This document shows, one piece after another, positions 47,027-56,405 of a stretch of DNA of 64,000 nucleotides. The DNA is taken from the IMG/VR virus record IMGVR_UViG_3300027754_003462. One strand, 5' to 3'. The stretch comes from a virus. Within the stretch, counting starts at the first letter, position 1. Each line of letters opens with the position of its first letter. The notes below the pieces were generated by a model, which saw nothing but the letters and a program-made list of their open reading frames with translations, searched no databases and was not told the DNA's origin. The position numbers and the translations under genes are program-made.

Positions 47027-47393
47027 GCTTTTTGCGATAGTCTGCTACCGCGGCTTTGATGGCGTCTTCGGCAAGGATTGAGCAGTGGATTTTGACTGGG
47101 GGGAGAGCAAGTTCTTCAGCAATTTGGCTATTTCGTATGGATCCTGCTTCTTCAAGTGTTCGACCTTTGACCCATTCCGTAACGAGGCTAGAACTCGCGA
47201 TTGCGCTTCCGCATCCGTATGTTTTGAATCTTGCATCTGTAATAATTCCATCTGTTACTTTTATCTGTAACTTCATAACGTCACCGCAAGCAGGCGCACC
47301 AACCATGCCGGTGCCAACGGTATCGTCAATTTCAAATTTACCCACGTTGCGTGGATTTTCGTAGTGATCGATCAACTGCGGTGAATAGGCCAT
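47010..47393 (-). CDS. iscU: Fe-S cluster scaffold IscU
   Basis: HYENPRNVG, APACGDVM, GCGSAIASSS, LPPVKIHCS. Confidence 0.97.
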   Translation of the reverse strand: MAYSPQLIDHYENPRNVGKFEIDDTVGTGMVGAPACGDVMKLQIKVTDGIITDARFKTYGCGSAIASSSLVTEWVKGRTLEEAGSIRNSQIAEELALPPVKIHCSILAEDAIKAAVADYRKKHDLVQ

Positions 47394-47408
47394 ATAATTT
47401 TTCCAATT

Positions 47409-47699
47409 TTAATTAAATCTCGCGATCCAGAAAGTTGCACCTTCGGGACCATACTTTTCACTGTGCCACACATGACTGTCGTACCCAAAGCTGTCGCCTT
47501 TGGTCAAGTGTCTTGTGACTCCTTCAATACTTAGCCACATTTCGCCCTGAGCCACATGTGCTTTGGCTCCGAATGGGTGTTGGTGATTACCAGACTCATG
47601 ATTGGCCTCCCACTCTCGAACCAACACTTCGTTAGCACCTTGGCCCAGTGCCCACTCTTGAAATTCGTCAAATGTTAGTTCTATGTCTAGGTCTGCCAT
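47409..47699 (-). CDS. cupin-domain protein
   Basis: HQHPF, GEM, H.E.YGPEGA. Confidence 0.8.
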   Translation of the reverse strand: MADLDIELTFDEFQEWALGQGANEVLVREWEANHESGNHQHPFGAKAHVAQGEMWLSIEGVTRHLTKGDSFGYDSHVWHSEKYGPEGATFWIARFN

Positions 47700-47830
47700 T
47701 ATTGTACATCTTCCGTATGTTTATGTTTATAAGACTTTTTAAGGATCTTGAGCCATGCCTTTTTCTCTTTGACACTGTCGTGTGCAAAGATGGCAGTGTA
47801 CATCTTTTTTCTTAGTCGGCGTAGTTTCAT
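47699..47830 (-). CDS. small basic protein (43 aa)
   Basis: Coupled at both ends; MKLRRLRKKMYTAIFAHD... Confidence 0.55.
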   Translation of the reverse strand: MKLRRLRKKMYTAIFAHDSVKEKKAWLKILKKSYKHKHTEDVQ

Positions 47831-48147
47831 TGTGAGCAGGTCCTTGTTCTAGTAATGGTACCATCAAAGTTTTGTACTTCGGTCCACACAGTACATTGTT
47901 GACTTTGTCCATAATAAACTGTAGCAGGTGGCACGGGATACTGTTGTACTACAACAGGCTGTTGCACAATCACCGGAGGTTGATTACGTGCAATTTCATA
48001 ACCAATCACGCCACCAATAATGGTAGGTGCTACCCAGCCGTAGTTGTATCCTGGATAGTATCCATGATGATGGTGGTGCCTAAAACCTGGTTGTGCCTGG
48101 ACTGACACACAACCAATAAGTAACATCAAAGCGATAAGTCGTTTCAT
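47827..48147 (-). CDS. secreted His/Pro-rich hypothetical protein
   Basis: Signal peptide, H6 run, GWVAP.IIGG, Cys pair; AGGAGG RBS. Confidence 0.8.
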   Translation of the reverse strand: MKRLIALMLLIGCVSVQAQPGFRHHHHHGYYPGYNYGWVAPTIIGGVIGYEIARNQPPVIVQQPVVVQQYPVPPATVYYGQSQQCTVWTEVQNFDGTITRTRTCSQ

Positions 48148-48214
48148 ATACGCCTCCTATAGTCGAGTATACTATATTTAACGTTTCGTGTCAACCTTTG
48201 GTTGACTGGTTTGG

Positions 48215-48571
48215 TTAGACGCCGCGGTCTTTGTTCATGGCCGATTTGGCAGCCGAAGCCACAATGTCTTGTGCTTTGTTCACTGGCATGGCAACATCAG
48301 GTTGTCCTGCCCCTTTGAACATCAACACGCCTGTGTTTGGATCCATGGGTTCCAACAAGTTACTAAGAGGCTCTTGACTTACAACATCGGCTAGATTCTG
48401 GGCAGTGATGTTGATATCCAGATCATTGGCCAGTTTGATAAACGCATCTTGGCTGATTTCTTTTCGAGCATGAGTATTGTTGGCACGACCATTGAGGAAC
48501 TGCACAAGGCCTGACAGTTGTTCAGGGTCTGGCGTAGTCGCCATGCCCATGTCAACTTCGAATATTTTCAT
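48215..48571 (-). CDS. hypothetical late protein
   Basis: MKIFE leader; TAATG coupling. Confidence 0.75.
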   Translation of the reverse strand: MKIFEVDMGMATTPDPEQLSGLVQFLNGRANNTHARKEISQDAFIKLANDLDINITAQNLADVVSQEPLSNLLEPMDPNTGVLMFKGAGQPDVAMPVNKAQDIVASAAKSAMNKDRGV

Positions 48572-49512
48572 TATCTCTTGGCGCGGCCTAGCGCGGCAGC
48601 AGGAGGTTCAGCACCGGCTTCGGCGGCTGCGGCATCTAATTCTGCATCAGCGCCCATCTCAGCACCCATGTCGCCTGCGGCGGCCATGTCAGCACCTGCG
48701 GCGGCCATGTCGCCTGCACCTGCGGCAATGTCAGCGCCCATAGCACCAGCGGCTGCGGCACCAGCAGGTGCTTGTCCTGTTACAACATTCAATGCGGCAT
48801 CAAGTTGTTGTTTGGCACCTTGCAGGTTTTGCACCAGTCCGGCCAATGCGGCGGTAGCATCTGAATTGAATTGTGTGGCTTGATCAATACCAACTTGATT
48901 CTTGATTGAGTCAACCAAGGCAGGCAATTCTTTGAATTGCAATTCTGTAACATCTTCCAACATGCCTTGCATCTTGTCAACCATGTCTTGTGCAGCCAAC
49001 ACCACTTGGGCTTGTTGTACTTCACTTTCGTTGAGACGATGCATTGCACGACGCAAACGGCTTTCGGCCTGCATCATTGCGGCACCGGCCACAAGTTTTT
49101 GTTCTTCGGGATTTAATTGTTGTCCGCCGGCAGATTTTTTCAATGCGGCAGCCAGTTTAGGATCCTGTGGAGGTTTTGCACCAGTAGGGGCGGCGGCACC
49201 AATTGCGCCAGGTTGTGCTGGGGCGCCAGCGGCAGCACCTGTACTGGCCACAGGTGGCAGTGTGGTTTCTTTTAGTCTGGCACTTAATGCCTGTTCCATC
49301 ATTACCAGTTGCAGGTACTTGGGATTGGTTTCACTGCGATGACGGGCGGTTGTTCCACGGTGTTCTTTTAACACGCCTTGCACCTTGACCAACATCACAC
49401 GAGTTTGATTGTGTGACAATTGATCAAAACGAATACGTGAACCAAAGTAACTTTCGAATACTTTGGCGATTTGTTTACTTGGCTTGGGAGCCGATAGTTC
49501 TTGCAGTTTCAT
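48571..49512 (-). CDS. probable head/scaffold-associated protein (313 aa)
   Basis: MKLQEL leader, LNESE, Ala/Gly-rich repeats; TAAATA upstream. Confidence 0.65.
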   Translation of the reverse strand: MKLQELSAPKPSKQIAKVFESYFGSRIRFDQLSHNQTRVMLVKVQGVLKEHRGTTARHRSETNPKYLQLVMMEQALSARLKETTLPPVASTGAAAGAPAQPGAIGAAAPTGAKPPQDPKLAAALKKSAGGQQLNPEEQKLVAGAAMMQAESRLRRAMHRLNESEVQQAQVVLAAQDMVDKMQGMLEDVTELQFKELPALVDSIKNQVGIDQATQFNSDATAALAGLVQNLQGAKQQLDAALNVVTGQAPAGAAAAGAMGADIAAGAGDMAAAGADMAAAGDMGAEMGADAELDAAAAEAGAEPPAAALGRAKR

Positions 49513-49960
49513 TATTGAATCCTCTAATCTGTAGATATTTAGCCCGATTTACACAATTTTCTAATTCTGCGTCAACGGAATTATATAGGTCTATTTTGGG
49601 TTGAATCTTCATGTTTATGATTTCATAAAAATTCTCATGGCGTCCACGTTCGCCCACTGTCTTACGACAGTATATATCCGCGGCCAGGGCCTGTTTTTTA
49701 CGGTCTAACACCAGTATTGAATTGCTTAGATTGTACTGTTGCTGATGATCAGCAGTGCACCAACTCATGGCTGATTTTTTACTGCTGAAACTGTGTATTT
49801 CTCTATCCCATGTGCTCACACAGAATCTTGAGTCTTTGGATTCAATACAGTATTTTCCAAATACCACAATGCCGCCTGCGCCATTATCTATTATGATACT
49901 ATCAATGTTGCGTTTGAGCTCACGTTCGGCCCAGGCTTCTAGTTTTTGTTCTCGGGTCAT
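49475..49960 (-). CDS. hypothetical protein (161 aa)
   Basis: Coupled ORF within the late operon. Confidence 0.75.
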   Translation of the reverse strand: MTREQKLEAWAERELKRNIDSIIIDNGAGGIVVFGKYCIESKDSRFCVSTWDREIHSFSSKKSAMSWCTADHQQQYNLSNSILVLDRKKQALAADIYCRKTVGERGRHENFYEIINMKIQPKIDLYNSVDAELENCVNRAKYLQIRGFNNETARTIGSQAK

Positions 49961-50220
49961 TTTATTACATAATGGGAGATCATATATCCCAACGCCGCCA
50001 TTAGTACCCCAATGGATCCCACGGCCCAGTTGAGCAGTTGATTGTTGCGCTGATCGTTCATTTGAGTCACTGTTTCATGTATTTCTCGAGCAGTTACTTT
50101 GACAGAAGCAACGTCAGTTTCTAAATTTTCTAGTTTGAGTTCTAGGTGGCGATAACGCTCTGCACACAGTTCAACGTGCGCTTCAAGACTTTTCTTTTCA
50201 ATATCAGTTGTATCGGCCAT
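49957..50220 (-). CDS. coiled-coil protein with C-terminal TM
   Basis: LEAHVELCAERY; hydrophobic tail. Confidence 0.75.
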   Translation of the reverse strand: MADTTDIEKKSLEAHVELCAERYRHLELKLENLETDVASVKVTAREIHETVTQMNDQRNNQLLNWAVGSIGVLMAALGYMISHYVIK

Positions 50221-50222
50221 GA

Positions 50223-50654
50223 TTACTCCAATGCATTATTTACCGCAATGAACCAAATGTTTTGATCTTCGCCATTGGTGGTGATAGTAGGAGCCAGACT
50301 GGGTTGTTCTGTCAAGTTCAACATCATGGGTATTCCTTCACAATCAACTCTGAGTCCGGCCAAGGGATCAGGGTCTCCGTGCATTTCAAATACGCCTTCA
50401 CTTTCACTTCGGAATTCAAACTCCCATACCCCGTCCGTTTCTACAGGCACAGTAAGGTCAGCAGGCTGTGTTCGCAAACTTATAATTTGTAACAGTGTTT
50501 CCCAGTTGCGTTGTTGGTTGCGCGAATGATTCCAGTCGTGTTGATTGTGTACAGATTGCCCAGCGCGATCTACAAATGGAATTTCACTTGATCTGAAATG
50601 ACCGGTCACACCAGTGAGACTGCAATCAAAAAGAGTACGGCATATGATTTTCAT
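50223..50654 (-). CDS. hypothetical protein
   Basis: TLFDC..TG, RNQQRNWET..Q..SLR; TAAATA upstream. Confidence 0.75.
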   Translation of the reverse strand: MKIICRTLFDCSLTGVTGHFRSSEIPFVDRAGQSVHNQHDWNHSRNQQRNWETLLQIISLRTQPADLTVPVETDGVWEFEFRSESEGVFEMHGDPDPLAGLRVDCEGIPMMLNLTEQPSLAPTITTNGEDQNIWFIAVNNALE

Positions 50655-50673
50655 TCTATGAGTATTTAATGCC

Positions 50674-50710
50674 AAAAAGAAACCCCGGAGTTTTTACGTC
50701 CGGGGTTGGT
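50674..50710 (-). terminator. intrinsic terminator
   Basis: AACCCCGGA..TCCGGGGTT followed by TCTTTTT on - strand. Confidence 0.75.
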
Positions 50711-50732
50711 TCAACTAAAAACCAGTTGGTTA

Positions 50733-51173
50733 TTAAGCAACCAAACTAGTGAATGTAGCCGCGTTGGATACGTTACCAGTTGGGATACCAATGTTCAAAC
50801 CACCAGTTGCATTGGCTGTTTGAGCAGCCGCTACCAATGTTGCTGTTGTGTAAGCGCCACTTGGGTAGATAGCAATGTTGATTGTACCAGCAGTTGCACC
50901 TGCTTGGTAGAACGCAATTGTTCCGCCTGCACCGCCGCCAGTGATGCCAGCACCAGATTGGATTGCTTGGAACACATTGTTCAAATAACCGTTGACGTTA
51001 CCAGCATTTGTCAATGCGGCATTTGCTGTCAATAAGAAGAAGTCTAGCTTTGGGCCAGACAACATCACTGGGCCTTGGGCCGCGACGTTTGCTGTACCAG
51101 CGATAGAACCGTTTGCTACGTCCAGTGCAAAGACTGGTTGGGTAGTACCATTTACTCTTGTGAATGTTGCCAT
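50733..51173 (-). CDS. small Ala/Gly/Thr-rich structural protein (possible capsid decoration)
   Basis: Own TAAATA promoter, AAGGA RBS and terminator; composition. Confidence 0.65.
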   Translation of the reverse strand: MATFTRVNGTTQPVFALDVANGSIAGTANVAAQGPVMLSGPKLDFFLLTANAALTNAGNVNGYLNNVFQAIQSGAGITGGGAGGTIAFYQAGATAGTINIAIYPSGAYTTATLVAAAQTANATGGLNIGIPTGNVSNAATFTSLVA

Positions 51174-51237
51174 TTCGATTTTTCCTTTAAGTTAGTGGTC
51201 TTGGAGGACCTGCTTTTATTTAGCCGAATTGGAAAAA

Positions 51238-53142
51238 TCACGCCTGTTGAGGATTATTTCTCTGACGATTTTGAGCCGCAAAAGCATTGGGGTCAAATCT
51301 GTTTACTGCTTTTGCATAGCCCACAGGAGTGGCCATGACCCAGCCTTCTTGCCCCGGGTGCTCGGTATCTGCTTGGCGTAGCAGGTGCATTTTGACATTG
51401 TGTAGCAAGTTAAATGCATTAAATGCCGCGGCAAGTGCAGGAGTGTTACTTGTAGGGCTGTTCAAGTACTCTACAATATTACGGAACTTTTGTGGGGTTA
51501 CCTTGGTTTCTAACCACTTGCCGAACTCAGGCAACAGTGTGGCACCGTTGAGTGGACTACCTACTTTGGTGTTGATAAAGTCCACACACAGTTTTGCTAG
51601 GTCTGTGATCTTGTGTGCTCGTAATTCTGTGGGGTTGAACAACGTATCAATCGCTCGCCCGCTGGTCTTGATCAACTGCTTCAATTGCTTTTCGACCTTG
51701 GTTTCAGTTTCAAGTGCTCGAGGGCTTGCTGGCCTTTCCAACATCAGTCCCGGAACCTCATTAAACTTTACTCCACTGAGTGGTTGACGTGCATCTCCTG
51801 CATCTGCATACATTGAGTGGATAGCAATACCAATATCACTAGCACCAATGCGTTGTCCTAGTGAACTCTTGACCGGAATTTTGTATTCCACTGTGTTGGG
51901 CCGGAACACATAGTTGCCTGCTTCCACAGGAGGTGTTGACATGTACAACAAGTCACCTTTGACATAGCCGCGGAAGTTTGGGGGCAGTGCGGCTTCTAGT
52001 ATAGGAAACAATGTGGTATAGATTTGAATCAATTCAGTTCTGTCACCTGGACGATGACTTTGTATATCGGTCATCATTTCAGGACTTGTGGCAAGTCCAT
52101 CGTAGCCTTTGGCTTCGAACCCCGAACCATCTGTTAACACAAACTCACCTGTGGCAGGCTTGCGTCCAAATATCACAGCAGGTTTGCCGTCCCACTTGGC
52201 TGTAACAGTTCGAGGTTGCTGAGTAGCATGGCTAACAATTTCAAGTGCGTCCTTGATGCCTTGTGTACCACGACGGAACACTAGATCTTCAAGATGTTCA
52301 ATACCTTTGGCTCTGCCACCAACTCCGGCTTGCTCTGCTTCTACTAGAGCAATATAGCCCCGGTTCACAATACGATCACGTAGCCGTGCTAGAAAGTTAA
52401 CGTCACTTTCTGCTACACCTGTTTCAGGTTCTTTTACACCTTCACGTGTGATATAATCACGGAAGTCTGCTAGTTTGGCATCACGATCAGGATCCATGGC
52501 CAAGGCCTTGTAAATGCTTTCCACAGTCATTAGTTGATTGCGTTTGTATTGTGGAGCCAGCAATATGCCAGCGGCTTGATCTGGATCCATTGTGACCATT
52601 CGATCTGTTTCACGACTGATGATGCCTTTGGCTGAGGCTTTGAGTCCCAGTGCTTTGGCAATGCTCGACATTAAAATATTTCGGAACACACCTTTGTAGG
52701 CTGATCCTGTGCCGCCGCCCAGCCAAAATGTACCCCATTCCATATTGGGCATGAACATAAAGTCTGTTTGTACATAGCCACGCTTGGGGTCGCCTTGTAT
52801 GGGTGTTTTGAAGTGTACTGCTTCACCTGTAAGGCGTGTCCAGTCTTTAGGATCTTGTTTGTTTTTTGTGGACCAGGCATCTAGTATGCCCTTGAGTTCA
52901 GCCTTGGTTATTTCGTTGGCATCCACAGCAAGATCTAGGTCACCCGAGTCAGGTTTCTTGCCTGTTGAGCCCAGCCACTTGACGGGAATTCCTGCTTCGT
53001 CTCGATCATGTGATAAATCAAGACCTGTGACAGTTTCCAGCCAAGCCACTGTGCTGGCAATATCCCCTTGTTTGATGCGTTGTGTTAGTGGCTGGCCTTG
53101 TGCATCTTTGAAAACATTGCCGCCTTCGTTGAGATAAGTCAT
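51238..53142 (-). CDS. fusion of Pol-beta-type nucleotidyltransferase and ligase-like (KxDG) domain
   Basis: LGSTGKK..SGDLDL and VQTDF; second half HLED, AKWDG, KGDLLY, EGWV. Confidence 0.65.
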   Translation of the reverse strand: MTYLNEGGNVFKDAQGQPLTQRIKQGDIASTVAWLETVTGLDLSHDRDEAGIPVKWLGSTGKKPDSGDLDLAVDANEITKAELKGILDAWSTKNKQDPKDWTRLTGEAVHFKTPIQGDPKRGYVQTDFMFMPNMEWGTFWLGGGTGSAYKGVFRNILMSSIAKALGLKASAKGIISRETDRMVTMDPDQAAGILLAPQYKRNQLMTVESIYKALAMDPDRDAKLADFRDYITREGVKEPETGVAESDVNFLARLRDRIVNRGYIALVEAEQAGVGGRAKGIEHLEDLVFRRGTQGIKDALEIVSHATQQPRTVTAKWDGKPAVIFGRKPATGEFVLTDGSGFEAKGYDGLATSPEMMTDIQSHRPGDRTELIQIYTTLFPILEAALPPNFRGYVKGDLLYMSTPPVEAGNYVFRPNTVEYKIPVKSSLGQRIGASDIGIAIHSMYADAGDARQPLSGVKFNEVPGLMLERPASPRALETETKVEKQLKQLIKTSGRAIDTLFNPTELRAHKITDLAKLCVDFINTKVGSPLNGATLLPEFGKWLETKVTPQKFRNIVEYLNSPTSNTPALAAAFNAFNLLHNVKMHLLRQADTEHPGQEGWVMATPVGYAKAVNRFDPNAFAAQNRQRNNPQQA

Positions 53143-54068
53143 TACCATGGGATTCCATTTTCGTCGGCGGCTTGTTTGTGAGTTGGATTGTTTGCATCAT
53201 ATTGCATGTAACCTTGCCCAAAATTAATTTCTTTACCTCGAGTGCGAGGATTTATTTGGAACTGTACTGCACCAACACCGCCACTGCCAGCCGCGCTGCC
53301 ACGTTTGATGTCGTATGCTATGATGTTTTGTGCTGGTAGTATTCCGTCGCCCACTAGTTTGATCCAATCCAGGCCCATGTTTTTGGGGTCGCCACCTTGT
53401 ATTTCGGCTTGGTAGATAGCGTCTATCATTTGTGTGATATCTGCAACCACATCTTGTATGCCTTGTTTGGCCACTGGATCTTTGATACTGCTGGCCAACT
53501 GTGTGTATTCTCTACCCAGCATTTGATTGACCAGCATGTGTAACTCTTGTTTCAATGCAGCCACACTAGGTTGAGAAACTGTTTTGAGACTGTTAGCAGG
53601 ATTACCATTGGCGTCTTTGCTGTTGGCCAAAAAATTCTGTACTGTTTGTGCCCAAGAAGCCTGCATTGTTGTGGCCAGTTGTTTGGCCATAGGGCTGTTG
53701 ACCATGCTCTTGAACATGTCATCACGACTCATTGATGTGCCACCTTTGCCCAGGACATCTACCCCACCAAAGGCCTTGCTCATTAGGCTTTTGCCCAATG
53801 CCCCTAGTGTTCCGCCGGCCAAGGCCGCGGCGCCACCTACAATTTTTCCCGGAACGCTGTTGGCAATAGCACTGCCCACAGATCCACTGGTCTTGGCTGC
53901 GGCAGAGGGAGTTGCAGTAGCAGTAGTTCCAGCAGTGGCTGAACCACTAGTGGCAACAGGTTTGGCAAATCCTGTGCCGTAAGTTACCTTGGGTTGAACA
54001 CCACCGGTTCCTGTCACTGTTGGCACAAGTTCGGTTAGGGGTCTACGTGTTATTTCATGAATCTGCAT
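53142..54068 (-). CDS. probable virion internal protein
   Basis: MQIHEI leader after AGGAG; Gly/Ala/Thr-rich. Confidence 0.7.
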   Translation of the reverse strand: MQIHEITRRPLTELVPTVTGTGGVQPKVTYGTGFAKPVATSGSATAGTTATATPSAAAKTSGSVGSAIANSVPGKIVGGAAALAGGTLGALGKSLMSKAFGGVDVLGKGGTSMSRDDMFKSMVNSPMAKQLATTMQASWAQTVQNFLANSKDANGNPANSLKTVSQPSVAALKQELHMLVNQMLGREYTQLASSIKDPVAKQGIQDVVADITQMIDAIYQAEIQGGDPKNMGLDWIKLVGDGILPAQNIIAYDIKRGSAAGSGGVGAVQFQINPRTRGKEINFGQGYMQYDANNPTHKQAADENGIPW

Positions 54069-54303
54069 TGGTTCTCCTAACAGATCGCGAAAACTTGCCA
54101 GCATCTTTGGTGCGTATGGCATTCAGCAGTTTTCTGGTGAGGTTGTCTGCTTGCTCTGCACCAAACTCTGATTCTATTTGTTCAATCAAGCGTATGGCGC
54201 TGGCAATCACACTGTCAGCCCTAGTTTCAATGATCAGGCGGCGATCCTGCTTCACATACATTGAATCTAGTTCTTCTAGCAAACTTCGGGTCTTTTTCTG
54301 CAT
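54055..54303 (-). CDS. conserved hypothetical late protein (82 aa)
   Basis: TRSLLEEL..; TAAATA upstream. Confidence 0.8.
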   Translation of the reverse strand: MQKKTRSLLEELDSMYVKQDRRLIIETRADSVIASAIRLIEQIESEFGAEQADNLTRKLLNAIRTKDAGKFSRSVRRTNADS

Positions 54304-54321
54304 TCGATCTGGGCCTTTGGA

Positions 54322-54352
54322 TTATTTAGTGCTTTTTAGATTCTAATAAATA
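54322..54352. promoter_or_regulatory. divergent pair of T4-late-like TAAATA promoters
   Basis: TATTTA (- strand) near 54323 and TAAATA (+ strand) near 54347, between divergent structural genes. Confidence 0.65.
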
Positions 54353-54372
54353 TCTATTATACAGGATCACAC

Positions 54373-55296
54373 ATGACAAGTCAAATCAACCCCAACAACA
54401 TCGACGGCCAATACCCCGTTGCGGGCCAGCCCAACAACACACAGGGCTTTAGAGATAATTTTACCAACATCAAAACCAATTTCCAAACAGCCGCCACAGA
54501 GATCACTGACTTGGAAAACAAAGGCGTATTCAAAGCCGCACTAACAGGCACCACACTTGACAACAACATGGCAGACAACTTAATATACGCCGTTAAATTA
54601 CAAGATGTCAGTTACACGTATGTGCAACAAACTGCTACCGCAGGTGCTATCCCTATTGATTACGCAGCTGGGCAATATCAACTGGTTGCGCCCACTGCCA
54701 ACGTTAGTTTGAGTTTTTCTAACTGGCCTGCCGCAGGATCTGAGGGCGAAGTGTACGTTGACGTTGTTGTGACCAATACTGCTTACACAGTCACCCTGCC
54801 TGCCGCAGTCAGTGTAGGCACAACAGGCATTCAAGGGTATGCAGCCAACGTTATCACCTTTGGTGCTGCCGGTACATATAGATTTGGGTTTAGTACTGCG
54901 GACGCAGGTACTACAATTGCCATCTATGATTTGAATCGTGCTCTCACTGCTTACACCAATTCATTTGGATATGTTGCCGGGGGTGGCGGCACTGTGACTC
55001 AGGCCACCAACAAGGCCACCGGTGTTACACTAAACAAACCCAGTGGTCAAATTACTATGAGCAATGCGGCCCTGGCTGCCGCTACTATTGTGAGTTTTAC
55101 TTTTACAAACAGCACAATTTCATCTACTGACTTGTTGGTAATCAATCATGTGAGTGGCGGTACTGTGGGGTCTTACACATTCACTGCCGCTTGTGGCTCG
55201 GGCTCGGCCACTGTGTATGTTCGTAATGCAACCTCAGGCTCACTCGGCGAAGCCATTGTGTTGCGTTATGCTGTGATTAAGGGCGCCATAAGTTAA
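54373..55296 (+). CDS. tail fibre/structural protein (307 aa)
   Basis: YPVAGQ.N.TQGFRDNF N-terminus; TVTQAT.K.TGVTLN..SG.IT beta-rich C-terminus. Confidence 0.75.
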   Translation: MTSQINPNNIDGQYPVAGQPNNTQGFRDNFTNIKTNFQTAATEITDLENKGVFKAALTGTTLDNNMADNLIYAVKLQDVSYTYVQQTATAGAIPIDYAAGQYQLVAPTANVSLSFSNWPAAGSEGEVYVDVVVTNTAYTVTLPAAVSVGTTGIQGYAANVITFGAAGTYRFGFSTADAGTTIAIYDLNRALTAYTNSFGYVAGGGGTVTQATNKATGVTLNKPSGQITMSNAALAAATIVSFTFTNSTISSTDLLVINHVSGGTVGSYTFTAACGSGSATVYVRNATSGSLGEAIVLRYAVIKGAIS

Positions 55297-56405
55297 AGAT
55301 ACCTAGCATAAAATTCAGCCACTTCTGGAAATGTTTTTTGAAATGACTGATTTCTAAAGTTATCAAATTTTACAATTTCTTTTATCATACTTTCAATACC
55401 TATGGGATTTTCTTCCCAGTTCTTAGATATTAAATTCTTATAGTTGCTTGTTTGCATAGCATCAACATATTCTTGTGTGCAGTTATCTAGACTAAATTTT
55501 CCAAGTGCTAGATGATTTCCTTGACTAGTAGGGTCACCTTCACGGTTACTTGAAAAATTATCATCAGCCCAGATCTTTGATTGTTCTAGATAAAAGAGAT
55601 TAAAGATACTCACAGTTTCTTCAATGTGAAACATTACATTACTAGGAGCAGTGTGACGAATTTGCATCATGTTATCAACCACCTGATGCCAGGATGCTGG
55701 CCAACGAAGATATTCAAATCTTTCGCCAATGCCATCTAGACTTACGTTTAGTTTGACCAGATGAAATCTATCAATTATTTCATGATTTCTGACATGTATG
55801 GGTTGAGTACCATTTGTCTGAAAACACAAAGTCAATTGTTGTTTGACATTGGGCACATTGTTAGATAACCATTCGGCAATTTTCCAATATGCTTGCCCCA
55901 ACATGGTTTCGCCTCCAGCAAATACTAACATTTGCAAATTAGAAAGATCTAGTTGTTCCAGTGCTAAAATCACATTGTGATGTTGTTGTAGAGAACTTAT
56001 CGGTTGATTCCAACTGCCGTGCTCATTGAGATGCTTTTGCCAAAACGTACTTGATTGCGGCCCGCAAGATCTACATGCAAGATTACAACTTAGATCAAAT
56101 TTAAGATCTATTCTTGTTGGCCCCGACAGGTTGGTCTTTATGTCTTTTAATCCGGCATTCATTCCAGTACGAAAACTTTGTCCACCAACTGTCTCTATAG
56201 ATTTACAACTTTCGCATTCTGGTGCCCAAACATTTTGATTATTAAGTTGCCGGAGGGGTATAAATCCTGGATCGTTCCAAAAATTTGTTGTTATGTCAAT
56301 TGGAAATCTTGAATTGTGCAAACAACAATGCTGGGCAGTTGCGTATTTTTCTTTAAGATTTAATTCAAGACCGCCGTGTATCATTGAGCAGTAAGAGTCG
56401 GTCAT
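55293..56405 (-). CDS. radical SAM protein
   Basis: CNLACRSC, AGGET, QTNG, SLDG; N-terminal YC..HCC..CESC. Confidence 0.9.
   Translation of the reverse strand: MTDSYCSMIHGGLELNLKEKYATAQHCCLHNSRFPIDITTNFWNDPGFIPLRQLNNQNVWAPECESCKSIETVGGQSFRTGMNAGLKDIKTNLSGPTRIDLKFDLSCNLACRSCGPQSSTFWQKHLNEHGSWNQPISSLQQHHNVILALEQLDLSNLQMLVFAGGETMLGQAYWKIAEWLSNNVPNVKQQLTLCFQTNGTQPIHVRNHEIIDRFHLVKLNVSLDGIGERFEYLRWPASWHQVVDNMMQIRHTAPSNVMFHIEETVSIFNLFYLEQSKIWADDNFSSNREGDPTSQGNHLALGKFSLDNCTQEYVDAMQTSNYKNLISKNWEENPIGIESMIKEIVKFDNFRNQSFQKTFPEVAEFYARYL

Noticed and set aside
48600-48770. GC-rich ~21-nt tandem repeats
   Set aside because: They encode the in-frame (A)AGADMAA low-complexity tail of the 313-aa protein; the + strand ORFs here are shadows.
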